In this document: one piece after another, positions 41,835 through 55,800 of the stretch | Position numbering within the stretch: position 1 is the first letter of the stretch | How the letters are laid out: every line of letters starts with the position of its first letter | Assembly: GCA_027604505.1 (NCBI GenBank) | Contig: JADIIX010000059.1 | Location: 62,001 to 126,000, forward strand | DNA from: Gonapodya sp. JEL0774 | Lineage: Eukaryota | Direction of reading: 5' to 3' | DNA length: 64,000 nucleotides | The notes under the pieces: model-generated | Database searches by the model: none | What the model was told of the DNA's origin: nothing | What the model saw: the letters and a program-made list of their open reading frames with translations, nothing else | Program-made: the position numbers and the translations under genes

Positions 41835-43709
41835 TTATCTGAATGGCCCCGACACGGCTCCGTCGGGGCATGTTGCATTCACATGCAATTGGTCTTCGCC
41901 AACGGCCCACCCTTTGGCCACCTCTTCCGTCTTGGCCAACACCCTGATGAGATTCCTTCCCAATATTCCCTTGAGCTCCGCCTTGCTGAATCCGCGCTCA
42001 AGGAGCTCTGCAATGAGGAACGGGTAGCTCGACACACCTCGCTCCATACCAATGGGCAACGTTTCGATGCCATCAAAGTCGGCACCAATGCCAATGTGGC
42101 GAGCGCCGATGAGGTCCCTCACGTAAGTGATGTGGTCGGCGATCCGGGATATTGTGGCATTGCGGACATCAGTGCAGTCGATGATGCGGGGATAAAAGTT
42201 GATCTTGATAATCGTAGAACGGGCTTTTAGTAAGTTCTCTTCTCTCAAAGAAAAGCACATATGTGTACTGAGGGCATGATTCAAACAGAGCAACTGACCA
42301 TGACGACTCCGTCCGTGTCCTTAACCTTGAGCAAAACATCATCCGGCACATTGCGTGTGGTGTTGCACAGTGCTGCTGCTGAAGAATGTGAGAAGAATGC
42401 GGGGGCGATCGAAACGCTGATTGCGTCCCTCATCGTGTCGGGGGAAACGTGAGACAAGTCGACGAGCATTCCGAGCCTGAGATAACAAGGACAACATTGC
42501 CATGGATGAGCTCACTCGGTACGGGGAATAGAAAATAAGAATATGGGGGCGCACCGGTTCATTTCACGTACGACGGATCTACCATAGTCGGTGAGCCCGC
42601 CGTGAAGAGGCGGTGGGTACTGGGAGTCGGCCCAAGCGGTGTGACAAGTGTGTGTAAGGGTCTTCCATTGCACGACAAAGATTCGTCGGATCAAAAATAT
42701 TGGCCTCACAGAAACAAAACGGATTTTGTATCTCACCATGTACCTCGCACCCTCCCTGTACATTGCCCTCAAAACTGCCAAGCTGTTGTCAATCGAATGG
42801 CCCCCCTCCATCCCGATTAAGCTTGCTACCCTTCCGGCCCTCCGCGCCGCATCAAGGTCGACCGCGTTGTGGACGTGCTCAAAAGTGAGGGGGTATTTTG
42901 CAACAAATCGCTTGACCAGGTCGATTTGTTCAAGGACAAGAGCAACGTTGCGGGAGTAGGACGTAAAATTCTGTTGGCAAGGGACGTAGACAGACCAGAA
43001 CTGGGCTCCGACTCTGGAGGAAGCGCACAGTACACGATAACGACAGGGAGCGTGGAGCGGCTGACTTTCAGCATTCTCTGGATTCACCTCTGCCCAACTC
43101 ACTTTCCTTCCCGCAGACGATCAATGTCGGTATTGAACTCGCTCTCGTCCAGCGATGTGAGTTCGGCGTGGTTGATTTTACTTTCCAAGCGCCATCGAAT
43201 TTGAAGAGGCCAGTCGTTGTGCTGAGAATCGATTATGTGAACAAGCAATAATCATCATTGTGAATGATGTTGGTGAAGATTCAAGAACACATGCTCACCC
43301 CATCAATGAGAGGGTGTCTTGCCATCAGCCTCCTCGCTGCCTCCAAGCTGGCTGCGTGCACTCTGTGCCCACCACCAATTTCAACGTGGCTCCTGGATCC
43401 AGTGCATCCGTCGACAGTTTCGTACCACACTTCTGCCAAATTCTCCCACAGATCGTCCCAAGCCCAGGTTGCCCTGAGTTGCTCAACCGCCCCTCGTTCG
43501 GGAGTGAGCCAGCCGGATAAAACTGACGCGAAAGAGACGAAAGTAAACGTAATAGCGATCAATCTTACGAAATTGTGGGCAAGTAGAGGGGATTGAGAAT
43601 TTGCGGAATTGCGAGCATTGGATGCGAACGAGGGATCGTCGTCTGCGAGGTTGATATGATGATCGTTGGGAACGAGCGCAGAGTAGCGTGCCCCACGAGG
43701 TGGTAGCAT
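41835..43709 (-). CDS. Membrane dipeptidase, peptidase family M19, with an N-terminal TM anchor
   Basis: [104 protein letters not shown]. Confidence 0.92.
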
Positions 43710-43851
43710 TCTCTGAAGATAGCGGAGGGATCAAAAACTAGAACAGAGGTGGGGAGCGTTTCTGCAGTGGTGGGTTCGGGATATCTTAGATGGCAGACGC
43801 GTGAGGCTCCCTGATTGCGACCGTATGTGCGAATGCATTACTACAAACTGA

Positions 43852-45695
43852 ATGGCTGCGTCTACATCCACCCCCAATTACATTCTTATCAAGCATGCGC
43901 GTAAGAGTCTTGTTGTATTTCGCTGACCGGAAAGAACCACGGGCAGTTTCAAACTCCATAACTTTGCTTGGATATATCATTTGTGCTTCTTAGTGGTGCT
44001 GGTAACCATGGATGATGATCTGGGCGACATCCCGGACGGAGCGATGTTGATTTCGGGAAAGGAGATCGTTATCGTGGGGAAAACAGAGGACGTCGAGAGG
44101 TGAGCCTGATACCTACAGAGCCACTACCGGGGGTTTATTTATGAACGTCGCTCAGCAAGTTGCCACGAGGCGCCAACATAGAAACGTATGACTTAGAGCT
44201 CAAGTCTGTGGTGGTACCAGTGCGTATTCTGTACTTGAACTGTCCACTACATATCCCACAATCCTGTCGTTCGGGATCCTGTTTACAACTCAGGGCCTGA
44301 TTTCCCTCCACCATCACTTCTATCAGCTTCTCACGCGGACGTGTGCAACCTCGTCGGGCCTTCAGTTGAAACCATGGCTCGCACAACTCACTCCACTATG
44401 GAAACACGTGGACGACGCGGGCCTGTTCTGGGCGACCCGGGCGTGCGCTGTGGAAGTCATGGAAGCAGGCTGTACTACTTGTGTTGATCACTGTGTGGGC
44501 CTGTGGAATGGTAAATGCAATGACCGAGCGGAGGCACCGCGTTCTCGGTTCTGTACTACTAAATGTTCGATGTTACCAGACATGAAGCTCGATACTCAAA
44601 TCCGTGCCGTTTCCCCCCTCGGTCTCCGCTTCCACGTTTCCAGAGGTGGTATCGATTCCGCAACCTACTCTGACCGCGCAATGCGGCAGACTACTGATGA
44701 AATTGTGAAGGATGCCGAGCGGTGCGTAGAACAGTACCACGACCATGACAGATACTCCATGACGAGGTTGGTACTGGCGCCGCAAACAACCTTCAGTGCA
44801 AGGTAATTGCATACTGCGTGGCCTGCACACGGCTCCGGCTGAATATTGTTTGAAACCATCTATCAATCATTGTCTTATCGCGTCCCCCAGCGCCGACTTG
44901 TTCCGGAGGTTTGCCGCCATCGCTGCGCGTAATCCCACAGTTCTTCTCCATACACATTTGTATGAATCGCCCCACGAGACTAGCATTATTCAAGGACTCC
45001 ATTCTGTGCGGCCTCTGGAATTCGTGATGGACACTTGCGCTTGGGGTGCAGTCGCCCACCAGGTATTTTTCGCACACTGCGTACTCGCCCAAGCTAGCGA
45101 GATGCAGCGCATGGCGAAGTTGGGGTGTGGCGTCGCAACGTGTCCCTCATCAAACGCCATCATGGGGACGGGGATAACCGACGTTGACGGGTTCCACAGG
45201 TCGGGGGTGAGAGTGGGCCTCGGTCTCGACGGGCCTGCATCGAGCAGTGCATCTTCGATTCTGTCGGAGTCCCGACAACTTGTTCTTGTTCAAAGGCTCC
45301 GCAGAGCGATGGCTGCTGGTGAAGGTCAGACAGCGGATGTTACCTTTTCTGCCCGCACTGCACTGCGCATGGCAACACGGGACGCTGCAGCTGTGCTGCG
45401 TCGTGATGATGAGCTTGGTCGCCTGAAGGTTGGCTTTGCGGCTGATGTAGCGGTGTTTCGGGTGGACACGCTGGCTTTCGCGGGTGGAGTGGAGTACGAC
45501 CCAGTTGCCTCACTTGTCGTATGCGACCCGCCAAGGAAATGCTGGATGCTAATTGTGAATGGGCACGTGCGGATCTGGAAGGGGGAGTGGATGGAGGATC
45601 GAATCAATGGATTTGAGAAACCTGATGTGGATTTCACTGTGAAGATGGTGAACCAAAAGGTGTCAGAAATGAGGATTAAAGCAGAGAATCCTTAA
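43852..45695 (+). CDS. Metallo-dependent amidohydrolase, 8-oxoguanine deaminase / AtzB-like subgroup (about 5 exons)
   Basis: LIKHALVLVTMDD, PGLISLHHHFYQLLTR, GCTTCVDH, GLRFHVSRG, HTHLYES, FAHCV, CPSSN, VGLGLDGPASS, ALRMATR, LGRLKVGFAAD, DPVASLV. Confidence 0.85.
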
Positions 45696-45857
45696 AGAAT
45701 CCCACTGCAAGCATTAACTCCTCGCGGCGCTTGACCACTGTCCTGCAGCTTCTTGAGTGCAATGTGATGGATTGTTGGAACCTCTCTTTGGACGGCCACG
45801 CATGAGATTTATTTAAATGCGTTCCCTGCCCAACCCGAAGCTTTCTCTTTAATCAGT

Positions 45858-48254
45858 ATGGTCTTTCAACGACATTTTTGGCGAGACATCAATGAAGACG
45901 ACGAAGAATCCCCATTGTGTGATGAGAGCGGGAGGTTAAGGGTTGTATAAACAGTCATCGACGGTACATACCAATTAGCAAATGAGCCAAAACTTGCACG
46001 CAGCGCCAAGAGACATTCAGTGCGTGGCGGGGAACCTACGTGGTTACATGTTTGATATGGATCTATTTTTGCGGAGAGGGTGGTTTCTCTCGCGTGCACA
46101 ATGTGAGATGAAGCCGTCCCTGAAACTTTTGCAGATTGTTCAAATAGGTTCAAATGTTGGTTTGTAGAGTTGGGAGACAGCGGGTGGCGCTTCGCAGCTC
46201 CTCATGGGCAATCACTCAGATCAAATTTGTTCCTGACACTTTTCTGTTTATTCAGAATGAATACTTTGCGATCGCTTTCGGGAGTCAGTACACAGGCTGT
46301 TAAAGGCAGCGTAGCAACCATGCATCATGGGGTTGTTGCCAGAACTCCAGAATCCGCAGACCATTATCAGGAACAGTTCTCCAAACTACAGCCCAACTCC
46401 AGCCTGAATTCTGGTTTTAGCAGATCTGCCACTCACGGAACAGTTATCGAAGAAAATCCGATCGAACTCCCATTGCCAACTCCTCCCCCCGACACGCACG
46501 AAGATGGACGTCTGCCGAGTTTACACGGCGAGTACGATAACTCATCAATCGGTAGAACAGCTACAGGACTAGTACACCGGAAAGATGTTGCACGCATTTT
46601 TCGGAGAGAGAGCTCGCGGACACAGGCTCAGGATGTCGACATGGACGACGGTCGGGATGAGGTCCAGACCACATTAGACGGGCTCAGCGGAGGTGCCGAG
46701 GAATCCCGTGGCTCGCTCAAAGTGGAAGAAGCAACTGATTCTCCAGCCGGGGGTTTTCTCACCAAAGATTCGACGATGCCCCGGTCCACTCGATGGACAT
46801 TCATTTTGGGATTGGTGTTGATCACGTTTCAAACTCTTCTGGGGACTGTCTTCATTTGCTTGATGGTTTTCTCTCTAAGTCGAATAGAAAGAAGAGCAGA
46901 CACGTCCGGTGGGTCAACAGCAGTGGTCACGGTGAGTATTGTCAACGAGTATCTGTAATGATATGCTGGATATGACCACAATTTGGCTCGTCATACTAGG
47001 AATATGACACAGTAATGAAGATAGGCTTGATTTCTTATCTTTTCACACAACTCTTCGATTGCTGGTTCTTTTTGAGCTCGGTAAGTCCACAAAAGCCATC
47101 AGCACTAGTTGAGTTCGGAAGTTGACACACAACTAGCGCAGGTTACCACTGCCAATCAAATTGAGCTGTGAGTCCGCCTGTTTTGCTAAGCAGCAGCGAG
47201 TTTTGCACTAGTGAAGAACATTTTAGCCTTGGCCACCTATTCGTGATCCTCGTCAATGTGGTGCTCTCGGTTGGACTTGCAGTGGAAATCTTCTCCCTCC
47301 GCAGAAATCTGCAGTCTCTATTTCCTGATCTCCAGTACTACGGGTTGGACGTCATGATGCGGAACGCAACCATTGCGCTTGCCGCTCTCAATATCATTTG
47401 CGCGTTATGTTGGGCTTTTGTTGTTTGGAAGCTCTATTTCAGACTTGGGTGGCGCGTTTATGCGTTCAACGGGGCTGATACCAAACTGAAGAGTGAGCGT
47501 CATTATGTCACCTCTCATTTCGTTGATCTCATTAGAATCTCACAACTGCTCAACCGAATCAGGGCGACAGGCAGCAAATCATGCCTTCCAAGTTCTCCTG
47601 AAAATTGATATCCTCTTCTTATTCCTCAATACTCTCTACCTTATCTTCGTCACAATCGTGCCTCAGAGATTCTTTGTACCATCAACTGCCACTCTTCTGC
47701 TTTTGTTCTTTTTCGGTGGTCCATGTCTGCTGTATTTGTTGGGTTCCAGTGCGGTGAGAAGGTCGCGCGACTCTTCGATTTAACAAACTCTTTTCTCAAA
47801 CATGCGACTATCAGTCCGAACAACGATCTCCCGCTACAATGATTTTGTTTTGCATTTCTTCATTGGTGGAAGTGATGGCGTACTCTCTCTGCATCAACAG
47901 TTTGGCAACTGGATCCACTGGGTCAGATCCCATGATTTCCGAAGCTGACAAGAAGGGGAAACTCATCCTAACCATTGCTGGTGCGTGATGTTTACTGAGA
48001 GTTTCAAATCAGTCACTGCATTACAAGTCTCCCTTTCTTCTCCAGAACTCATTTCTATTTGCATGCTCCTTGTTACAGCATTTGTTGGAGGATACAACGC
48101 ATACATATTTACCGTCTATCCTTCTGGAGGTAAGCGACATTATGCGTTTTCGAACCAAAAGGACATAGAAATAGTGTCGCCACTTGTACTACTCTCAGGG
48201 TATAAAATTCCACAGAGACCTGCTAAATCCTCGATTGAATGGAGCATCATATAG
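45858..48254 (+). CDS. Multi-pass membrane protein, fungal UPF0658 (Golgi membrane protein)-like
   Basis: About 6-7 hydrophobic segments over several exons. WKLYFRLGWRVYAFNGADTKLK and FQVLLKIDILF resemble the LYxEFGWxIYKxIGAD...LLKFD signature (recalled). The first exon at 45858 splices in phase 2 into ORF 46170-46958. Confidence 0.65.
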
Positions 48255-49605
48255 TGTATCCGCAATTTCCACTCAGTTGCCAGTCGGTTGTGTCTCGCAT
48301 ATTGCATGGATCAGGCGGTACAGGTTGCGATCATGTACTGTGAGACCCTCCTGAACGTATTTATTTATTTATATACGTATAATTGAATGTTGCTAATACT
48401 TGACTGTGTCATCTGGAGTGATGCTCTCTTAGTAGAACCCTCGGGAACGTTCGTACAAGCAGACTGGCATGCGTTATGCACGGTGCATCGTTTTCCTCCA
48501 GCTTCCTGGCTTCCACCTAAGACCGTTTGGGAGATGTCGTACTGGCGAACCGCGGGGTTGTCGTACGTTAAATATGCGTGATGTCTTTCAGGAGCAAAAG
48601 TATCCCCCGGGAACTTATCGTCTCCACTCCTTTCTCCTTCCTATGTTGGTCTTCTCCGTCGAGCAGTTACCTGCAATATGCCAATATCTGCGCACGTGCA
48701 CTCCGCTCCTCGGTCAAGGATGAGTTCCGAACAGTTATGTTGCGACGGCAGGAGCAGTCTGTGAAGTCGGCGAAGTGGGAGGGTGGCAAAATGGGTGAAA
48801 ACGTGAGTCCACCAATTTCTCTCGATTACAAACAGGTTTATGCTGTGGCCCCTCGAACGGAGGAATCAGGAATTGTTGGTGGAGGGCATTTCAACGAGCC
48901 TCTCCGGGTGGTTATACATCGGCATCATCTCAGGGTCCCCAACAGTGGGAACTCACGTTCTGGGATCACGACAATAACGCCTGCGTCCAAAGAATATAAG
49001 TACTTCTGTTATCGATGCTAATGCATTCTCTTCTTATTCCTGCAGAAATTTATCATCCCTCCCAAGGAGGATTGATTCGTAGTTCAGCATGTGTCATTCT
49101 AGGTTCACAATACAGCTCTGTCAGCCTTCCCTCTCCCTTGATTTGCGACTTCACTTCGTCCTTGCAATTCAACCTCCAGTCTGACATTCGGAATGAAGTT
49201 CATGGACCGAGGTAGCGGGACGCGGGTCTTCGCTGCACATCCATGTGATGACCCCGATCAAGCTCTTCGAACAATAGGAAAGCAAACGGGAACGCTTCTC
49301 TGACCTTGGTTTCTGTCCCGTGAGGGGCGCAAGTGGAGCCGACTGGTTCGTTTGGGCCCGGACATAACTCACTGTTCCAAGCACTCGCCGTCTTTGAAAA
49401 TTGTCACATTGGGAGGAGATTATTTTGAAAATCAATCCTGCCATTCAGCTGTTTGAGGTAGACTTTGATTGGTACCAATTTTTGTTCGTTGTGTTGCGAA
49501 ACAACAAAAATGCCTAGAATAGTGACATCACGAGGCAAATTATCCATTCATCCGTCCCCTATTCATGACTGTATTTTCGTATAGAAATGTTGTTTCCCTG
49601 GGAGG

Positions 49606-50940
49606 ATGGGCACGAAGCTCGTCATATCACAAATGCATTATTATCTCCATCGCTCGGTACCGCGTTACTCGAGGTTGATTGTGTGCCGCAAAGGCTTGGC
49701 TTTGCCGCATATTCTCTCATCTCGATTGTCGTGGGACTGTGGATTCCGCATTCCTCGCTGCTTGTCCACAAACTCCGGAGTTCGGGAGTCGATCAGCACA
49801 TCTCTTTCATCGAAATTAGTTTCTCAACTTTCAGAACTTGAGGGTACCCAAATATCTGACTTGGACCACTGTTGGAATGAACTTCGGTGGCTAGCTGAGC
49901 ATATTGTTCGTCGGCGGGACGCCAATGGCCGTCATGAATGCAACATCTTACTCGATAGAGCGACTCTTACAGCTGTTATTGACGGTCAGCCATTAAACGA
50001 GACTAAGATACTACCCTTCTCCGATGCCGAGAGAGCCCGGCTTGGCCGCTATGTCAACGAACGAACAGTTCGAAATAAACCTCTCCAGTACATACTGGGG
50101 TCACAGCCTTTTGCCGGGATTGAGGTTCGGTGCAGAAAGCCTGTGCTGATTCCACGGTAGGTCCGTTTTACAAAGTTTGCCCGCCTCGCTTCTTCAAAGA
50201 TTCTCCGGGATTCCGTTTTCATCAGCTGGGAGACCGAAGAGTGGACTTTGCGTCTTTGCTCTCTACTTGAGCAATGGATCGCCTTGGAAGTTGAGTCTGA
50301 CGGTCCGTTCTGCGTCCTCGACTTATGCTCTGGTACATCCTGCATCTCCCTCGCCCTCGCTTCCAATCTCTGTCGACGTTTTCCGAACAAAAAGGTTACA
50401 GTAGTCGCTGTTGACACTGAACCAAGGGCCTTGGCACTTGGAATGATCACGTGGCGACATCTTGAAAAGTCGGCTGGGACCTCCTATCACGCTGTTCACG
50501 GCTCTGTATTTGACTCAGAAATGCCGCAACGGCTCTTGCGGCTCTTAGTGAATGGGAGTCGGTTTGACATTGTCGTTTCGAACCCTCCGTACGTAACAAC
50601 AGAGGAGTGGAGTTCGTTGGAGCCTGGAGTAAAGGACTGGGAAGACCGTTCGGCGCTCATTGGGGCTCCACCGGATGTCAGATTCTCAGACATGCCTGAA
50701 ATTGACATGTCCCATTCGGCTGATCTTGCACTGGGTGTCTCCTATTACAGCGCAGTTGCTCACTTAGCCGCCGCTGTTCTAGATCCCAGACGGCGACCAG
50801 ACTGCCCGAGATTGGTTGTTGAGATTGGAGGGAACCGGCAAACGCAAAGAGTTTCGGAAATGATAGTTACGGAGTTGGGCGGGGATGTTGCAGTATGGAC
50901 GGATCTTATGGGGACAGAGAGATGTATCGTGGGGTTTTAG
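49606..50940 (+). CDS. HemK/PrmC release-factor glutamine N5-methyltransferase, probably mitochondrial (Mtq1-like), 2 exons
   Basis: NELRWL, KPLQYILGSQPF, PVLIPRWETEEW, VLDLCSGTSCI, DIVVSNPPY, VKDWEDRSAL. Confidence 0.88.
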
Positions 50941-51223
50941 CTTCGAAGAACTTCTAAAAGACTACATATATACATGTTTCGTTATCTCCACATCTTCTAT
51001 GTTGGTGGTGGAAGGGTATGCTTAACCATTACCATTGACTGTCAGCTTCCCTGGCCCGGGTAACCTGTATATGGAGCTCACCTTTATTACTTTTGAATGC
51101 AAAGGATTAATGTTCGGTTCCGTGTTGTTGGTGGCGCCATGCTAGCTGGGCGCAGCGGTTCCCGACCTCAGCATCAAGTTCATCGTTCCCTTCCGACATC
51201 TCCTATTCGACAGGAGCTCAATC

Positions 51224-52584
51224 ATGGTTTTTGCATTCCTTGAATCATTCCTGACGACGATTTGCGCTGTCGTTGGCGCAATCGTGCTGGCAACATATCT
51301 TCTGCCCATCATGTACGTTCTCCCATCGATGTTCCGAGGACTATCTTCTGATTGGCATGACATGTGTTCTGTATCGCTTGGCATTTTGCCCACCGCTTGT
51401 CCATCCTCGTGAAATCAGAATTTACTCACAATTTGATGAGCAAGACCTGAAGAAGAAGTATGGATCCGAGTGGGCTCTCGTGTCAGGTGAAGACCACTTC
51501 AGCAAAAAAGAGACACTCTCTGGACTTTCCCTTTGACCGAATCATCAATTTCAGGTGGCTCTTCGGGCATCGGCGCTGCGATTGTCCGCAAGCTTGCAGC
51601 CCAAGGCATCAACGTTGTGGTTGTCGCCCTGGATGACCCCGTGCTTTCTGGCGCGTTGACAGAGTTTCGGTCAGAGTTCCCTAGAGTGGAGTTTCGTGAG
51701 GTTGGGTGTGACTTGTCTGAAGACGTGGGAGGAAGTCAGGACCCGGAATACATTAAACGGATCAAAGAGAAGACTAAGGATTTGGATGTGCAGCTGATTT
51801 TCAACAACGCAGGTGTGGATCTTGCGCTTGAAAGAAGCAAATCTGCCAAAAAAAATAAAGTCGCTGGACCTTGTGAAGGCTACATCAAACCAGGGCTCTT
51901 TCCCTTCAACACTCTGCCATCCATTTTGGCCAATTATCATACAAACGCAACATCTGCGACGAGAATCACTCACCACTTCACGAAACTTCTCATCGACAAG
52001 AAGCTCCGCGGCCTCGTGACATTCACGTCGTCATCGGCGTATTGGGTGGTTCGTCTCATTGGGAACCTTGGTTTTGATTCTTAATCACCTGACGACAACA
52101 ATATCTTGCGCTCTGTCTCATAAATTCAAGCCCACTGTCCTCAGTGCAATGTATGGGTGCACAAAAGCTTACTTGGCTCAGTTCGGCGCAGTGTTGGCTG
52201 CTGAATTGAGGCCGTTCGGTATTGACGTGGTGGTTTTACACCCGGGTCCTACCAACTCCAATTTCTACCAAAATGTTAAAGGTGGGGACGAACTTTGCGA
52301 GATCTCTTGCCTATTGCCTTTGTTCTACCATTCCTTCCGTTTTAGATGTCGCTGTTTTATCTGGCGCTAAAGCAATCTCTCTTCCACCCTCTTACCCCGC
52401 GTCCGCACTCTTCCGGGCAGCCGGACGTGTTATCGTTGTTGATCAAGGGGCCACAAATTGGGCCTTCAAGTTTGCTTGCAGACTCGTCGACTGGAACGTG
52501 TTGGTTGAGATTTTAGCAGCAGCTAGCAGGTATACCCCAGACTTCTCAAGGGAACTGAAGAGAATAGGCGCAAAGGGTCTGTAA
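51224..52584 (+). CDS. Short-chain dehydrogenase/reductase, 17beta-HSD12 / very-long-chain 3-ketoacyl-CoA reductase-like, N-terminal TM
   Basis: DLKKKYGSEWALVSGGSSGIG, FNNAG, FTSSS, YGCTK (YxxxK), LAAELRPFGIDV, HPGPT. Confidence 0.88.
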
Positions 52585-52805
52585 TCGTGTCTCGTGAACG
52601 AGTAACCGCTAACTGAAACCTAGGAGCAAATATACACTAAGGCGCAGCGGCGTAAAATAACATTTGGATTGTGGCGGTGTTTTTGAGGATTATTATGATC
52701 CCTGATCGAGGGGAGCTAAGGAGCTGTTTTATATAATAGCAACAAAAGGAAAACTCCTCTCACTTACCCAAGGTCGAGACTTACCGACTGAGTCAATCTG
52801 AACAG

Positions 52806-55800
52806 ATGCGTGGACTCTCCATCGTGCTACTACTCGTCGCGATTGCCTCCGTTGCGGTTCGCGGGCAAGCCCCGACAGACTGTGTGTCCATCTTCGCTGC
52901 CTTCCGTGCAGGAAACGTGACGATCAATCCGGCGGCGGCGGCTACTGATTGCTGCGAGTTTTTGGCGCCGCAAGGCCCCGACAAGAACGCTGTTGGTTAC
53001 TTGTATGTTAAGCGATTTTGAGACTTTCGTCCCACTACTATGAGCATGTGGTTTCTTTTGCTTGTCAGTGAGAACTATGTGAGCTGCCAAGGAGGCAGGG
53101 TCACAGAAGTGCAGCTTATTGGTTATAGTATAGACTCTCTGAGGTAAGCCGAGTCCTCCTTGTCAAATCGAATTTTTGACAGCGTGGAGCCACCCTGAGA
53201 CTCGTAGATTTTGAGTTTCACGATGCGAAAATATGCGAAGTTTCCTATTGATTGCTCTGTACCGGAGGTTGCGTTTGACAGGTATCATTGGCACTTTTTA
53301 CAGTTACTTTAGAAACCTCACCTCACTTACGTACCTCCATCTTGGCAACAATCTTATTGCGGAACCACTTCCCACATGGTTGTCTAACATGACCAGCTTG
53401 ACGTGGCTGAACCTAGACAGCAACTATATCACAGGATCAACGGACATTTTGGGTCAGCTCCGGAACTTGACGGTCATGTTGGTTGATGTTGATAATGGCT
53501 AATCGCTAAGACCTGTGAAATGACCCTAACTTTATTATCACTTCTTGCGTGCACAGAGCCCTTCCCAATAATTTTGTGACTGGCAACCCTTCCTGGCTCA
53601 CAACCTCCACACTGCTCTCAAATATGTACGAATTCAATGCAACCTCTTTCTTGGCATGTAATTGACTTTGTTCCCTCTCCCTCGAAAGCAATCTCGAGAG
53701 TAATCAACTCGTAAGTCTCTCGCACTGGTGAACTGTTCCGTGTTCTGATCATAATCGCAACTCCCCCACCTTTCTTCAGTCTGGTACCTTCCCTGACATC
53801 TCGCAGTTGAAAAACCTTACGTATCTGAGGATTGGTGGCAATCAGTTCACGGGCCCACTACCCAGTCCCGCGAATCACCCAGTGCTTCTTACATAGTATG
53901 TTTATATGTTTACCAGCAACTCTTTAGAATTGTCATGCTCACCTACGCTCTTATTTGGATATCCCTGGGCGGGATATCTAGCTCGGTATTTTCAAACAGA
54001 TTCTCTGGTGAGTCTGTGTTCATTGGAAGTTACGTTCTTTTCAGAGATGAATGGTACCCGATAAATTGCTCAGGAACAATTCCATCCCTCGCCAATAACC
54101 CGCTTCTGATCACTGTGAATATCAACACTCGACTTATCCCAGTTGTCCGTATCACATCTTGTTTGCATTTAACAGTACAATCTAAACAACAACACCCTAA
54201 CGGGTTCCTTGCCTGATCCAGGAAACTGCCCGAAATTAACGTACTTGTAGGTTTCTGCCTTTCAAGCTGCATGTCCGGCTTTTCACACTCATTTATTCGC
54301 TGCAACGATGCTGATATGAAAAACTATACCAACATATCGCAGTGGAGCCCAAAGGAACGCAGGCATTACGGGAGCCATCCCAGCTGGCGTTTTCAAGCTT
54401 GCCAATCTTCAGAGCCTTCTCTTAAGCGACGATTCCCTGTCCGGTCCCTTAGGGTCGGGGTTGAGTGACATGGTCCAGCTAGTCACTCTGTACTTGGATG
54501 GAAACACAAACTTAAACGGAACAATGTGGGTTACGATTGATGCTTAGTGGTGACTAGACCGTAGCAACGATTCGTTGCGGCTTCGTATATGCTGAGGTAT
54601 TGTTTCGCTTCTCGGATATGCACCACTCCCCCTTTTCAGACCGGACTTGTCCAAGCTCACAAAACTAACCGCTCTGTGAGATCTTCGCGATGTCCATAGA
54701 TGAAAACTTGCTTGCATGAGCTTATACAGTGTATTCTTGTAGGGATGTTTCCAGCACCGGTCTGAGTGGAGGTATCAGTCTCGCATCGTCAGTGCTTTGT
54801 TTTGTTTTCTCCAACACTATGGTGCAGTGAATGCTAACATACAGCCTCCGCTTCCACCCTACGACACTCCTTCAACAGAACAGCTGCAAGCGACTTTTGC
54901 TCTCTCGCCAATACCAACCTCTGTCTTGTTGGTGGTAATGTCAACTCTCTTCCGTCGAGATGTCAGACTGGTGGCGGAAGAAGTCTCCCGGCATGTTCGT
55001 CGAGCGCCAGTACGGCAACGTCGAAGAGTTCTGGTACCGGGACCGCGTCAGCGTCGTCGACGGCAACAGCAGGCGGACAAAGCTCCAGTGATACCGGCAG
55101 CGGTGGGAGTTCCCTGGGGCCGATAATTGGAGGTGTCGTCGGTGGGTGTTCAGCACAAAACCGATGTATGTTGATTTTTAGACAGAGTACAATCTGACAA
55201 TTTTAGGTGGAGTTGCTGGTCTTGGCCTTCTGGGCGGCCTTGCGTGGTACTTTGGTCGCCATCGCGGAGCCAAAGATAACTCCACAAGTGGCTCGGCTGC
55301 AGTTGCGGCGACACCCAACCAAACATACCCTCCTGCAAATGGTCAACCCCAGCTCTACGCTCCACAGTATGGTAACGCGGTTCCACAAATGGCCGGGATC
55401 ACGTACTCGAACCAGCCCAATTCCCCCAATACTGTCATGTCCAACGTCCCACAACAAGGGATCTCCCAGCCTAACAGCGACTCCACCTACAGTGTGGGAC
55501 AGTACGGCTTTGGTGCTAATCTCTTGGCTGCTCCTGGCTCGATGGCAACCCTCGGATCCTCTCTCTCATCCGGGAGCACGAAAGTCAATGAGGTGTACGT
55601 GGTCGCTCAGCCATTCTGGGCCACTCAAGAGGACGAAATGACGTGCCAGCAGGGCCAAAAGGTTTTCGTGAGCGATGTTTTCCCGGACAACTGGTGCAAG
55701 GCGTTGAATTTAGAGTCAATGCAGTCTGGTGAGTTCCTATGCCGGTTTCTGAAAGCAATAAAGCTGATATGCCCTTCACAAACATCGACGTGTATTTTTT

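Noticed and set aside
48300..49600. Several 60-150 codon ORFs between the UPF0658 and HemK genes
   Set aside because: No motifs or coherent exon chain; treated as intergenic
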